A DNA stretch of 44,815 nt from an uncultured Candidatus Saccharibacteria bacterium (GTDB taxonomy: Bacteria; Patescibacteriota; Andersenbacteria; UBA10190; CAIZMI01): assembly GCA_964396115.1 (NCBI GenBank), contig CAYNDL010000001.1, positions 1 through 44,815 of the forward strand, written 5' to 3'. The translations under genes were made by a program, and so were the position numbers. The notes beneath the pieces are model-generated. The model was given only the letters and a program-made list of their open reading frames with translations. It ran no database searches and was not told the origin of the DNA. Of this stretch, positions 25,964-37,774 are shown piece after piece; within the stretch, counting starts at the first letter, position 1; each line of letters opens with the position of its first letter.

Positions 25964-27661
25964 TTATTTCTTCCAGACCCGCTTGGTTTTCATGTACCAA
26001 GTGGAAATGGTGTTGAACCTTTGTGCTGGAAGCTGAATTGCGTCCAGCATGGTGCCCTGAATATTTTTGTTAAGGGCGTAGTCGTACAGCGGACTGTAGA
26101 GGAAGATGGCGGGGATGTCGCCAATGAGTATTTCTTGGAAGCGCTTATAAGTCTCCTTGCGAGCAACTTCGTCTGTTGTTTTGCGCGCTTCTTCGAGCAA
26201 TTTATCTGAATTGCTGTTTTTGTATAACGCGAGGTTGAGACCCGGGTCTCGGGTTTGGGTTGAGTGCCAGAACGGGTACGGGTCAGGATCAGCTCCCAAT
26301 ACTTCACCATAGAGTAAGGCATCATACTCGCGAGGGCGAATAACTTCTGCCTGCACCGTTCCCACTGTTCTTGATTCCAATTTCACGTCAGCACCGATGC
26401 CGCGCCAGAATGTGGCCAACATCTCGGCTGTCTTTGTGTATTCAGGCCAATCGGTAGTGATCAATGTAAAAGAAAGTCTTTTGCCGTTCTTTTCCCGGAT
26501 TCCGTCGCCGTCAGTATCTTTCCAGCCAGCCTCTTCAAGGTTTTGTCTGGCCTTTTCAGGGTTGTATTCAACGCGGCCCAGTCCTTCCACATAACCCAGG
26601 AACCCTGGGGGAATAGGCGTATCAATGCGGGATCCTTCGTTGTTTAGTGCTTCACTGATAATTTTGTTGCGGTCGACAGCAAGGTCTAATGCAATGCGGA
26701 CAGTTTTGTCGGAAAGGATCGGTTGTCTTGTTTGGTTGAAAAACACCGCAAAATACTGTGGCAGTTTGACGCGGTAAACTTTTGCACTTCGGTTCTTTGT
26801 TACGTTGGCAACGAGTGATGGTGGAACAAAGCTAACACCATCAACCTTTCCGCCACGGAATGCTCGTAAAAGATCTTCATTTGTTTGGTAAAAAGAGAAA
26901 CGGATACCATCGATGAACGGTCTTTGTCCAAAGAATGAGTCGTTCCTCTCCAGTTCGTATTCGCGTATTTCACCGGCGGGGCTTTTCTTCAATTTTTTAA
27001 ACTTGTAGGGGCCGGTACCAATTGGTTTTAAATTCTGTTCTGCAAGGCTGATGTTTTTTGGTTCTACTGTCGCCCAAATGTGCTCAGGAAGGATGCCTTG
27101 TGAGAGATTGTATAAAAATGGCGCGTAAGGTTCGCGGAGGATGAATTTAACAGAATCTTCGTCAACTTTTTCGATCACCACTCCCTGGAAACTTGGAGCC
27201 GCAGGACTCTTCGCTTCGGGGTTTTGGATCAGCTGGATCGTGTAAAGGACATCTTCAATGCGAAGAGGTTCGCCATCTTGCCACTTAACACCTTTTCTCA
27301 GGTGGACAGTATAAGTTTTTCCGTCTGGACTTATTTCTACGTTCTCGGCCAAATCCGGCACCAGATTGCCTTTCTCATCGATGCGCATGATTCCGGAATA
27401 GACCAAGCGGGATATGTTCATATCCACATCGTTTGTTCTGGCAAGGATAGGCGAAATGAAACGAGGCTGGCCGACCGTTCCTTCACGGTACGTTCCACCT
27501 TCCTCAGGGATCAATTGCGTTTTTTCATGAATAAAAATTGTCAGGCTCCAAATGAGTCCAACCAATACGATACCAATCAAGGCTGCCAAAGTTTTTCTTT
27601 CTTTGACCGACAAGGCGCTTGCCAGGGCACTAAAAAAATTTGAGATTGAATGAGAGGCCAT
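25964..27661 (-). CDS. Membrane-anchored ABC-type substrate-binding protein, family 5 (peptide/nickel type), orphan
   Basis: N-terminal TM anchor, then GGTYREGTVGQPRFISPILA...LVPDLAE...WQDGEP, the typical SBP_bac_5 order. No cognate permease or ATPase is adjacent. Confidence 0.88.
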   Translation of the reverse strand: MASHSISNFFSALASALSVKERKTLAALIGIVLVGLIWSLTIFIHEKTQLIPEEGGTYREGTVGQPRFISPILARTNDVDMNISRLVYSGIMRIDEKGNLVPDLAENVEISPDGKTYTVHLRKGVKWQDGEPLRIEDVLYTIQLIQNPEAKSPAAPSFQGVVIEKVDEDSVKFILREPYAPFLYNLSQGILPEHIWATVEPKNISLAEQNLKPIGTGPYKFKKLKKSPAGEIREYELERNDSFFGQRPFIDGIRFSFYQTNEDLLRAFRGGKVDGVSFVPPSLVANVTKNRSAKVYRVKLPQYFAVFFNQTRQPILSDKTVRIALDLAVDRNKIISEALNNEGSRIDTPIPPGFLGYVEGLGRVEYNPEKARQNLEEAGWKDTDGDGIREKNGKRLSFTLITTDWPEYTKTAEMLATFWRGIGADVKLESRTVGTVQAEVIRPREYDALLYGEVLGADPDPYPFWHSTQTRDPGLNLALYKNSNSDKLLEEARKTTDEVARKETYKRFQEILIGDIPAIFLYSPLYDYALNKNIQGTMLDAIQLPAQRFNTISTWYMKTKRVWKK

Positions 27662-28146
27662 TAGAATTGGTTACGTAAAAAACTTACCACACTGTAATCG
27701 TACGCATCTTTTTTACACGGAATGTTCCTAGTGGCGTTTCTGTCGGCTTCAAGTTTTGCCACCAATTCGAAACTCACGGGGCTTGTTTTCCAATATGTAT
27801 AATCATTTTCTGTCCCGCCGTAAACCGGGTCAGACGGAAACTTCTTGTCCAGTTTTGCATACTTCTTGTCTTTGCGCAGGCTGTCTTCGATCTCTTTCTT
27901 AATGTCTTTACTTGAATCTCCGGAAATCGTTCCGCACCAGGAAACAGAATTAACGGGGGGATATTCTCCGTGTTGTTTCGCATAACGGTTCAAAGCCTTC
28001 TCGATGTCTTCGATGTCATGCTTTCGGATAGTGTCCCTGGCTTGCAGGCTTTGCAGGCGCAAAGCCCAAAATCCAATTCCGACAAAAATCAACACTGCGG
28101 CAATAGGAACCAGTGTTTTAAGTTTTGGGGAAAATGGTGTTTTCAT
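27661..28146 (-). CDS. Pilin/pseudopilin-fold (GspG-like) membrane-anchored protein without canonical prepilin leader
   Basis: TM helix followed by ARDTIRKHDIEDIEKALNRYAKQHGEYP ... DPVYGG..DYTYW...FELVAKLE, which matches the R-D-x-x-R...AL..Y....G.YP / DP...Y.Y...L.a.LE pattern of type IV pilin-like proteins. No G-F/TLIE cleavage motif. The stop overlaps the SBP start (TAATG). Confidence 0.5.
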   Translation of the reverse strand: MKTPFSPKLKTLVPIAAVLIFVGIGFWALRLQSLQARDTIRKHDIEDIEKALNRYAKQHGEYPPVNSVSWCGTISGDSSKDIKKEIEDSLRKDKKYAKLDKKFPSDPVYGGTENDYTYWKTSPVSFELVAKLEADRNATRNIPCKKDAYDYSVVSFLRNQF

Positions 28147-28218
28147 CACTTGTTGTCATCCGTTTCCTTTATAAGAGCAAACAGATCACGACTCATGGCG
28201 AAACAAGTTTTTATAGCT

Positions 28219-28440
28219 TTAGAAGATAATCTGAAGGACGGGTATTGTCAAGAAAAGGATTGCCAAAACGATCGTTGCTTGGTGCAATCTTTTTTCAAAG
28301 CCACGCTTGGTGTGGTAGATGCTTGAGTTACCGCCATAAGCTTGTCCTAAACCAGCTCCTCTGTTTTGCAACAAAACAGCGGCGATCAGAAGAACGGAGA
28401 CGATTACTTGGGTTATTAAGAAGATATTGTCTAGTTGCAT
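28219..28440 (-). CDS. secG: Preprotein translocase subunit SecG
   Basis: Two TM helices with LLQNRGAGLGQAYGG between them. Confidence 0.85.
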   Translation of the reverse strand: MQLDNIFLITQVIVSVLLIAAVLLQNRGAGLGQAYGGNSSIYHTKRGFEKRLHQATIVLAILFLTIPVLQIIF

Positions 28441-28447
28441 AATTTTT

Positions 28448-28798
28448 TTAAGATGAAAAGGGAAGTAAAAAGAGTAATGAATAAACCAATGTTGTTCCGG
28501 CGACTCCTACCAGTTGGCTATTAAACGGTGGAGTAAAACCAAAACCACTTGTGAGGCCAGCGGCGATAACTACGATCAGCATTCGGAGAGCAAAGTTTCT
28601 GGGAAGCCTTGGTATGAAGAAGAAGATTATTGCCGCTCCTCCCTGCAGGATGAATAATGCCATCTCTCCTAGTCCGATAAATACTCCCATGAGTAAATAT
28701 GTCCTGTAATCACCGTCAACTTGTACTCCGGGCACAACGGTGGCTGCGATCCATGATCCGGCAATTGCCAGTAGCAGTCTTACGACTAGTCGCCTCAT
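28448..28798 (-). CDS. DUF360 / phage-holin-4_2-like small membrane protein
   Basis: Four hydrophobic helices. N-terminal AIAGSWIAATVVPGVQVDG resembles the family motif l..llPGi.v.g. Confidence 0.55.
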   Translation of the reverse strand: MRRLVVRLLLAIAGSWIAATVVPGVQVDGDYRTYLLMGVFIGLGEMALFILQGGAAIIFFFIPRLPRNFALRMLIVVIAAGLTSGFGFTPPFNSQLVGVAGTTLVYSLLFLLPFSS

Positions 28799-28901
28799 AT
28801 ATTTAGATTATATCAGCTTTAGAGTGAAAAGAACTTGGGGAATATATCACTATTTAATATAGGTGTCCACGAGGAATTAGGCTTCTCTTGGCGGAATTCC
28901 T

Positions 28902-30716
28902 TCACGAAGGATTGAGGAAGGCGAAGACCATTTCCGCTTTCTGTTTTGAGCCCAACACCTTTTCCAGGTCTGCAACAGAAGCTTTCTTGATTGCTCCGAG
29001 TGAGCCGAAACTTCGCAGTAGTTTTTTTCTTGTGACGCTGCCTACCCCGGGTATCTCTTCCAAGATCGATCTTGTCATCTGCTTCTTCCGTAGGAGCCGG
29101 TGGTAGCCGATAGTGAAACGGTGGGCCTCGTCACGGATTCGTTGGACTAAGTAAAATCCTGCTGAGGTTCGTGGCAACATAATTGGTAGTTCCGCTTGAG
29201 GCAGGAAGACTTCTTCCTCGCGTTTTGCCAGGGATGAGATCTGTAAGTTGATTCCAAGTTCATTTAAGACGGATACACCCGCATTTAATTGTCCCTTGCC
29301 TCCATCTAGGATTATCAGATCGGGAAGGGGCCAATTCTTTTCGCTGTTGTTTTCCGGATTTGTGTATCTACCGAAACGCCGGCGTAGTGTTTCTTTCATC
29401 ATTCCCACGTCGTTTGGTTGTCCGTCCGTGATTATTTTGAATTTTCGATATTGTCCCTTATCGGCCTTGCCATCAGTAAACACGATCATTGATGCCGTAG
29501 CTAATTTCCCCTGAATGTTCGAAATGTCATAGGCTTCAATGCGTTTGGGATAAATTTTCAAGTGTAAATATTTTGTTAGATCTTCTAATCCCTTCTTGAG
29601 ATTAGCTGGACTTTGTAATTCAGTTTCAGACCTCACAAGGGAGTCTTTTGCATTTTCTTGAGCAAGGTTAACCAAATCCCTTTTCCACCCTCGTTGGGGA
29701 GCGTTTATATCTATTGTCCTTTTTTCACGTTCGCTAAGCAGCGTTTTCAAATTTTCTACGTCTTCAATTTCTTCCGGAAGAAAAATCTGGCCAACAATAT
29801 TCTTTGTTGAGCGGTAATATTGCAGCATAAATTCACGCAAGATACTACCTGCCGAATTGTCGCTCGGTATCAAGAGAGAAAAAATCTGGCGGCCAATAAT
29901 CCTTCCGTGCCTAACTTGCAAAAGGGCAATATTTCCGTGGCCTCCCCGGAAGGCAATCCCAAAAACATCGGCAGTTTCATCACTGGGAGTGGCGACATCT
30001 TGTGGTGTCATGGTGCGCTTGATTGCATCGATCCTGTTTCTTATGACAGCCGCTTGTTCGTATTTCTGTTCATCACTTAAACTTTTCATTCTTTCTTCCA
30101 GGGACTGGATAACTTCCTTAGTGTCTCCATCGAGAAATTTTTTCAATCGGACAAAATTGCGCTGGTATTCTTCAAGGGACGTTGCTCTCGCACAAATTCC
30201 AGAACAAAGCCCGATGTGAAAGGCAAAGCAAGGTCTGGAATGCTTTGCACCAGGTTCCGGGTAGGCGCACCAAGGGAAGGCTTTTCGCGCCTCCTTTAAT
30301 GTTTGGCGGACAGCTTGAGCGTTTGGGAAGGGTCCACGATACCAGGCCCCGTCAGGAAGTACTTTTCTTGTCAGTGTAACTTTTGGATAGGTCTCGTTTG
30401 TGATCTTTATATATAGGTAAGAAGAATCATCCACGAGCCTAACGTTGTACGGGGGCCGATGTCTTTGGATCAAAGTGGCTTCCAAGGCCAAAGCCTCCGT
30501 ATCGTTCTTCGTCACAATCGTATCGATGCTCGTGGCGAGACTGACCATTTCAATTTTTGCCGGCTCTAACCGTTTTTCGTCGAAGTATTGTGAAACACGT
30601 TTCCTCAGAGACTGAGCTTTGCCAACATACAAAATATTGCCGGTTTTATCCTTAAACTGGTAAACACCCGGTTGGTCGGGAAGTTCCTTAGCAATTTGGC
30701 GTAGAGTCTTATCCAT
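28902..30716 (-). CDS. uvrC: Excinuclease ABC subunit C
   Basis: GIY-YIG motif (GVYQFKDKTGNILYVGKAQSLRKRVSQYF), UVR domain, RNase H-like endonuclease domain, and C-terminal HhH (IPGVGSVTRKKLLRSFGS). Confidence 0.97.
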   Translation of the reverse strand: MDKTLRQIAKELPDQPGVYQFKDKTGNILYVGKAQSLRKRVSQYFDEKRLEPAKIEMVSLATSIDTIVTKNDTEALALEATLIQRHRPPYNVRLVDDSSYLYIKITNETYPKVTLTRKVLPDGAWYRGPFPNAQAVRQTLKEARKAFPWCAYPEPGAKHSRPCFAFHIGLCSGICARATSLEEYQRNFVRLKKFLDGDTKEVIQSLEERMKSLSDEQKYEQAAVIRNRIDAIKRTMTPQDVATPSDETADVFGIAFRGGHGNIALLQVRHGRIIGRQIFSLLIPSDNSAGSILREFMLQYYRSTKNIVGQIFLPEEIEDVENLKTLLSEREKRTIDINAPQRGWKRDLVNLAQENAKDSLVRSETELQSPANLKKGLEDLTKYLHLKIYPKRIEAYDISNIQGKLATASMIVFTDGKADKGQYRKFKIITDGQPNDVGMMKETLRRRFGRYTNPENNSEKNWPLPDLIILDGGKGQLNAGVSVLNELGINLQISSLAKREEEVFLPQAELPIMLPRTSAGFYLVQRIRDEAHRFTIGYHRLLRKKQMTRSILEEIPGVGSVTRKKLLRSFGSLGAIKKASVADLEKVLGSKQKAEMVFAFLNPS

Positions 30717-30805
30717 AATCTAGCCTCAATGTACGGGTGATATTAGTGTTTTTCAACGATCAGCATTTTAGTTTGTCTCTAGATCTCGATCCCGCTAATT
30801 AGTCC

Positions 30806-30834
30806 TTGCAAAGTCTATAAATTAAAGCTATAAT
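30806..30834 (+). promoter_or_regulatory. sigma70-type promoter of uvrA
   Basis: TTGCAA (30806-30811), exactly 17 nt, TATAAT (30829-30834). The uvrA ATG is 18 nt downstream of the -10 element. Confidence 0.6.
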
Positions 30835-30852
30835 CTCGCGCAGTCTATTTAT

Positions 30853-33753
30853 ATGTCCGATGTAATAACTATCCGCGGGGCCCGCGTTCACAATCTGAAG
30901 AATGTGGATGTTACTATTCCGCGTGATAAGTTAGTGGTAATTACTGGATTATCGGGGTCGGGAAAATCTTCTTTAGCCTTCGATACTCTGTATGCAGAAG
31001 GTCAGCGTCGGTACGTTGAGTCTCTTTCAGCGTATGCTCGTCAGTTTTTGGGACTCATGGATAAACCGGACGCCGACCAGATTGACGGATTAAGCCCAGC
31101 GATCTCCATCGACCAAAAATCAGGAACAAGGAACCCTCGTTCTACCGTAGGTACTGTTACAGAGATCTATGACTATCTTCGTCTATTGTTTTCCCGAACA
31201 GGCGTGCCGCACTGTCCTAATTGCGGGAGAATTATTCGTCGTCAAACCGTGAAGGAAATAACTGACCAAATAGTTAACCTCCCGGACGGGGCGAACATCA
31301 TGATTCTTGCTCCGAAAGTTCGTGACCGGAAAGGTGAACACAAACAAATTTTCCGGGAGATCCAGCAAGCGGGCTATGTCCGTGCACGTGTAGACGGATC
31401 AATATACGAATTGGAGGATGCCATGCAACTGGAATTGGATAAACAAAAAAGACACTCGATCGAAGTCGTTGTAGACAGGTTGCTAATCGATAAAAAAAAT
31501 TTGGATCGTCCGCGTATTGCGGACTCAGTCGAAACTGCGACTCGGATCGGGGATGGAATCGTGATTATTGAAGACAGGACGTCCGGCAAAGACCATGTGT
31601 TTTCTGAACAGTTCGCCTGTCCTAACTGTGGAATTAGCTTGATGGAGCTGGAACCGCGGATGTTCTCTTTCAACAGTCCGCACGGCGCTTGTCCAGCATG
31701 TACTGGCTTGGGAACACAACTGGAAGTTGATATCGAATTGGTGGTGCCGAACAAAAAATTATCGCTTGCGGAAGGGGCTATCAAACCGTGGAGCAGGCGG
31801 ATGCGGGGTAGTTCTTGGGCCATGTGGGTCCTGGAAGCCGTGGCCAAGAAAAATAATTTTTCTTTGGACGTCCCAGTAAATAAACTTTCCAAAAAAGTTA
31901 TGGATGTTGTCATGTACGGGATGGGTGACGAAGAAATCACCGTGACGAGTGATGAGGGCTCTACATTCAATACTAAGTATGAAGGTGTTATCCCGAATCT
32001 TATGCGCCGGTATAAGGAAACGGATTCTGATTATGCGCGTTCAGAAATTGAGCGGTACATGGTGCAGAAGCCGTGCCCTGTTTGCCAAGGCAAACGTTTG
32101 AAACCCGAAGCACTGAGCGTGCATGTTGCTGGAAAAAATATTTACGAGGTTGTCTCAATGACTGTTGATGAGGGCTTCAAGTTTTTCACAGCGCTTGCAA
32201 CGAGTAATGTTGATGACACGTTTGGCCCCAGAGAACAGTTGATCGCCAAGCAGGTTTTGAAGGAAATTCGTGCACGCTTAAAGTTTTTGCTAGATGTTGG
32301 TTTGGACTACTTAACCCTCGATCGTTCTGCGGCTACACTCGCTGGCGGTGAAGCGCAACGCATAAGATTGGCCACACAAATCGGTTCTGGTTTAGTGGGT
32401 GTGCTCTATATCTTGGACGAGCCTTCTATCGGTTTGCACCAACGGGACAACAGCCGTCTTATTGGCACACTTAAGACATTACGTGACCTTGGTAACTCAG
32501 TAATAGTTGTTGAACACGATGAAGAGACTATTCTTAGTTCCGATTATGTAATCGATGTTGGTCCCGGAGCAGGTGAACATGGCGGGCAAATAGTATTTGC
32601 TGGCACGCCAAAAGCTCTGGAAAAATCAGATACGTTAACCGGTAAGTATATTTCCGGAAAAATGGAGATCCCCGTGCCGAAAAAGAAACGCAACGGCAAC
32701 GGCAAGGCGTTGGTTATCAAGGGCGCCAAAGAACATAATCTAAAAGATGTTGATATAAAGATTCCGCTTGGTAAATTCGTTTGTGTTTCTGGTGTTTCGG
32801 GTTCCGGAAAATCCACGCTAATCAACGATATTCTTTCGCGAGTCTTGGCGAAGGAGTTTTACGGCGCCAAAGATCTTCCCGGTGAACATGACAGTGTTCA
32901 AGGTTTGTCGAATTTGGATAAGGTTATCATGATCGACCAGTCTCCTATCGGCCGCACGCCCCGCAGCAACGCGGCAACTTACACAGGTGTCTTTACCGCG
33001 ATCCGTGAATTATTTGCGGCGACACCGGAAGCGCGCGTAAGAGGTTATGACGCCGGTCGATTCTCGTTTAATGTTCGCGGTGGCCGCTGTGAAACTTGTC
33101 AGGGCGATGGCGTCATCCGTATCGAGATGCAATTTTTGCCCGATGTTTATGTTGAGTGCGAAGAGTGCCACGGCCAACGGTATAATCGCGAAGCCTTGGA
33201 TATTAAATATAAGGGCGCGAGCATCTCTGAAGTTCTGAACATGACAGTCGAAAGGGCACACGAATTTTTCCGCGCGATCCCCTCTATTGAATCTAAACTA
33301 GCAGTACTGGAACAAGTTGGTCTTGGTTACGTTCACCTGGGACAACCGGCGACACAATTGTCCGGCGGTGAAGCGCAACGCATCAAGCTGGCCACGGAAC
33401 TTTCTCGTCGTGCGACGGGTAAGACAATCTACATTCTTGATGAGCCGACAACCGGTCTCCATTTTGATGATGTGCGGAAACTCCTGACTGTTTTGCATGC
33501 TTTGGCAGACAAGGGAAATTCCGTGCTTGTGATAGAACACAACTTGGATGTGCTAAAGTCAGCCGACTGGATAATCGATATGGGCCCCGAAGGCGGTGTG
33601 CGTGGCGGACAAGTGGTAGCGGAAGGAACTCCTGAGGACGTCGCAAACGTTGAAGCTAGCCATACCGGCCGCTACTTGAAAGCATTGCTTGGAAAAAAGA
33701 AAACAGTACCTGTTAAGGTTAAGGCAACTAAGGTTGTAAAAAGCAAAAAATAA
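30853..33753 (+). CDS. uvrA: Excinuclease ABC subunit A
   Basis: Two ABC ATPase modules ([25 protein letters not shown]), zinc modules ([19 protein letters not shown]), and LSGGEAQRI signatures twice. Confidence 0.98.
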   Translation: MSDVITIRGARVHNLKNVDVTIPRDKLVVITGLSGSGKSSLAFDTLYAEGQRRYVESLSAYARQFLGLMDKPDADQIDGLSPAISIDQKSGTRNPRSTVGTVTEIYDYLRLLFSRTGVPHCPNCGRIIRRQTVKEITDQIVNLPDGANIMILAPKVRDRKGEHKQIFREIQQAGYVRARVDGSIYELEDAMQLELDKQKRHSIEVVVDRLLIDKKNLDRPRIADSVETATRIGDGIVIIEDRTSGKDHVFSEQFACPNCGISLMELEPRMFSFNSPHGACPACTGLGTQLEVDIELVVPNKKLSLAEGAIKPWSRRMRGSSWAMWVLEAVAKKNNFSLDVPVNKLSKKVMDVVMYGMGDEEITVTSDEGSTFNTKYEGVIPNLMRRYKETDSDYARSEIERYMVQKPCPVCQGKRLKPEALSVHVAGKNIYEVVSMTVDEGFKFFTALATSNVDDTFGPREQLIAKQVLKEIRARLKFLLDVGLDYLTLDRSAATLAGGEAQRIRLATQIGSGLVGVLYILDEPSIGLHQRDNSRLIGTLKTLRDLGNSVIVVEHDEETILSSDYVIDVGPGAGEHGGQIVFAGTPKALEKSDTLTGKYISGKMEIPVPKKKRNGNGKALVIKGAKEHNLKDVDIKIPLGKFVCVSGVSGSGKSTLINDILSRVLAKEFYGAKDLPGEHDSVQGLSNLDKVIMIDQSPIGRTPRSNAATYTGVFTAIRELFAATPEARVRGYDAGRFSFNVRGGRCETCQGDGVIRIEMQFLPDVYVECEECHGQRYNREALDIKYKGASISEVLNMTVERAHEFFRAIPSIESKLAVLEQVGLGYVHLGQPATQLSGGEAQRIKLATELSRRATGKTIYILDEPTTGLHFDDVRKLLTVLHALADKGNSVLVIEHNLDVLKSADWIIDMGPEGGVRGGQVVAEGTPEDVANVEASHTGRYLKALLGKKKTVPVKVKATKVVKSKK

Positions 33754-33787
33754 AATATTCGTTTAACTGTCTGATATAATCAAGTAG

Positions 33788-34162
33788 ATGCAGCTTCAGG
33801 TGTGGAAACGTACAATCTTTTTTGGTCTAGCTTTATGGTTGATCTTCTTCACGATGGTCGCCTTGCTCTTATTGTTGGGCCTTACGCAGCGCGCTGTACC
33901 CACCGATGTTGTACTAACCCTGCTTGCACTAGTTGTGTATTGGTCCTTCGCTAGCCGCCTCAATCTTATCTCGGTTTCTCAAGGTTTTTTGGTGGGTGGA
34001 AGTTGGTTGTTGATTAACCTTCTCTTGGACTACCTCATTATCGTCCAGGGCTTTAATCATGGCAGCCTGGGTTTTTTTCTGGCGTGGGTGGTATGGGTGC
34101 GTTACGGACTTTTGCTCGTGATGCCGGTGATCTCTTCTTCTCGGCGCCAGGTTACACCTTAA
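33788..34162 (+). CDS. Small 4-TM membrane protein (hypothetical)
   Basis: Four hydrophobic segments and an ATG start. It ends 12 nt before the next gene. Confidence 0.6.
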   Translation: MQLQVWKRTIFFGLALWLIFFTMVALLLLLGLTQRAVPTDVVLTLLALVVYWSFASRLNLISVSQGFLVGGSWLLINLLLDYLIIVQGFNHGSLGFFLAWVVWVRYGLLLVMPVISSSRRQVTP

Positions 34163-34174
34163 GTCCACAATTCG

Positions 34175-35161
34175 ATGACCTATAAGGATCTGACACTTCC
34201 GGAGCAGGCCGTTCTGGCGACTCTTTCGTATCACGACCAATTGGAAATGCCGCTGACAGGAATGGAAGTCTGGCGTTATCTTTTCCGGGCACAGGGGCAA
34301 GATATAGGAGCCGTCAGTCTGGGCGACACTGAAGCCACGCTGTCCGGATTGGTGGAAAAAGGTCTGATTTTTTTTCACTGGGGATACTATGTTTTTCCTG
34401 GCAGGGAAAAGACAATCCATGAACGCATTAGAAAACATGCATTAGCGCAAACTAAGTGGCCAAGATTAAGGACAGTGGCTTGGCTTTTGCAAGCAGTACC
34501 TTTTTTGGAGATGGTTGCGGCCAGCGGTTCACTCACAAGGGAAGTGGTTAGTGAGAATAGCGACCTCGATGTTTTGTTGGTTACCGCTTCAGGACGCATT
34601 TGGACAGTGCGCTTTGTTGTTACGGTGCTTCTGGATGCCTTGCGTCTGCGCCGCCGCCCCACTGGCCCCACAAAAAATCGTGTTTGCTTAAACCACTACT
34701 TAACAGAAGATTCCCTCGAGCTCCCTTACCAAAGTTTATACACGGCTCTGGAGTACGCCCGTATAATTCCTTTGTTTGGCGAAAAAGTCACTTGGAGGTT
34801 CCGTGAAAAGAATCGCTTATGGATGGAAAAGTATTTAATTAATGTTTTTCCCGACAGCGTTTCACACATCAAAACAGTCAGTGACTTTCCTGTCCTGTCA
34901 TTAATAAAAAGAATCGGCGGCCTCGTCTTGGGGGGAACTTTGGGGGACTTCATTGAGAGGAGGCTAGGGGAGTTACAGAAGAAAAAAATAGCTGAGGGCG
35001 ACGCCTTCAATGCTGTTGGGGGCCGGGTCATCGCGAGTTCATCACACCTGGAATTCCATCCTCGTTCCCGGGAAGCGCCATTATTGAACTTATTCAATAT
35101 TAAAATGGAGCAATTCGGCATGTCTGCGTTCGGTCACCAGAAGGACTCCGGACTAAGTTAA
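34175..35161 (+). CDS. Pol-beta-superfamily nucleotidyltransferase-domain protein (hypothetical)
   Basis: ASGSLTREVVSENSDLDVLLV fits the hG[GS]-x9-13-D-h-[DE]-h minimal nucleotidyltransferase signature. Function otherwise unknown. Confidence 0.55.
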   Translation: MTYKDLTLPEQAVLATLSYHDQLEMPLTGMEVWRYLFRAQGQDIGAVSLGDTEATLSGLVEKGLIFFHWGYYVFPGREKTIHERIRKHALAQTKWPRLRTVAWLLQAVPFLEMVAASGSLTREVVSENSDLDVLLVTASGRIWTVRFVVTVLLDALRLRRRPTGPTKNRVCLNHYLTEDSLELPYQSLYTALEYARIIPLFGEKVTWRFREKNRLWMEKYLINVFPDSVSHIKTVSDFPVLSLIKRIGGLVLGGTLGDFIERRLGELQKKKIAEGDAFNAVGGRVIASSSHLEFHPRSREAPLLNLFNIKMEQFGMSAFGHQKDSGLS

Positions 35162-35180
35162 TGTTCCACAAAAGAGCGTC

Positions 35181-35209
35181 TTGACACCAAATTATATTTT
35201 TTGCACACT
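35181..35209 (+). promoter_or_regulatory. Candidate groESL promoter
   Basis: Consensus -35 TTGACA (35181-35186), 17 nt, weak -10 cAcacT (35204-35209). CIRCE begins 5 nt downstream, as in classic HrcA-controlled promoters. Confidence 0.4.
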
Positions 35210-35213
35210 CGAG

Positions 35214-35240
35214 TTAGCACTCGCAAGTTGAGAGTGCTAG
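35214..35240 (+). promoter_or_regulatory. CIRCE operator (HrcA binding site)
   Basis: TTAGCACTC-gcaagttga-GAGTGCTAg matches the consensus TTAGCACTC-N9-GAGTGCTAA at 17 of 18 positions. Located upstream of groES. Confidence 0.9.
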
Positions 35241-35326
35241 CCTATTCGGATCACGGCTTGTGCATTTCGAGCCATGTTCGGAACGAGGATAAACCCTAGA
35301 TTAATCCTTAATTGATAAAGGGAAAT

Positions 35327-35617
35327 ATGAAAATTAAGCCGTTAAACGACAAAGTAATTGTTAAGCCTCTCAAACAAGAAGAGGTTACAAAGAGTGGAAT
35401 TGTTTTGCCGGACACTGCCCGCGAAGAAAAACCTGAACAGGGTGAGGTGGTTGCAGTCGGTCCTGGAAAATTAATGGAAGACGGAAAGCGTGCCGAGATG
35501 AGCGTAAAAGAAGGAGACAGGGTTCTCTTCACGAAGTACGCTCCGGACGAAGTGGAAATTGAAGGAGAAAAATATTTGGTAATCGAGGAAGAGAAAATCC
35601 TCGGAATTGTTGAATAA
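35327..35617 (+). CDS. groES: Co-chaperonin GroES
   Basis: [14 protein letters not shown]...SGIVLPDTA...GEVVAVGPG...GDRVLF. ATG at 35327 preferred over the TTG at 35312. Confidence 0.95.
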   Translation: MKIKPLNDKVIVKPLKQEEVTKSGIVLPDTAREEKPEQGEVVAVGPGKLMEDGKRAEMSVKEGDRVLFTKYAPDEVEIEGEKYLVIEEEKILGIVE

Positions 35618-35621
35618 TTAA

Positions 35622-37298
<1,677 letters not shown>

Positions 37299-37315
37299 TA
37301 ATTAGTAGATTTCAA

Positions 37316-37348
37316 AGAAGGGCCCGCACAAAGGGCTCTTCTTTTTTA
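37316..37348 (+). terminator. Intrinsic terminator after groEL
   Basis: AGAAGGGCCC (37316-37325), loop gcacaaa, GGGCTCTTCT (37333-37342), then tttttt. Confidence 0.8.
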
Positions 37349-37416
37349 TCTAACTTACGTGACAAATCGCTAAAAATACGTTAAAATAAGAGTATTAAGT
37401 TAATAATTTTAATCCT

Positions 37417-37740
37417 ATGGATTCTCTACCAAATGCACCCGTAAACAACCCAACAGACGACGTGCAAAAAAATAAAGTATTAGCAGCAATTTCGTATATC
37501 TACATCATTAGTTTGGTGTTGCTCTTGGTGAAGAAAGACAGTCCGTTTGTGCAATTCCATGCCAAACAGGCATTCATTCTTTTCCTCGCGTCGCTTGTGG
37601 CCGGATTCATTCCGATCATCGGTTTGCTTTTGCAAATTGTAATCCTGGTCTTCATGATCATCGGCTTCGTTGCCGCCCTGCAAGGGAAGTCACGCAAGTT
37701 CCCGTTGATCAGCGATCTCGCTGCAAAAATTAATTTTTAA
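37417..37740 (+). CDS. DUF4870-like small membrane protein
   Basis: KVLAAISYIYIISLVLLLVKKDSPFVQFHAKQAFILFL fits the ..fv.fHakQal.. hallmark. Three TM segments. Confidence 0.65.
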   Translation: MDSLPNAPVNNPTDDVQKNKVLAAISYIYIISLVLLLVKKDSPFVQFHAKQAFILFLASLVAGFIPIIGLLLQIVILVFMIIGFVAALQGKSRKFPLISDLAAKINF

Positions 37741-37774
37741 TTAAATAATGCGGCGTTGCTGCCGCTATACTGCT

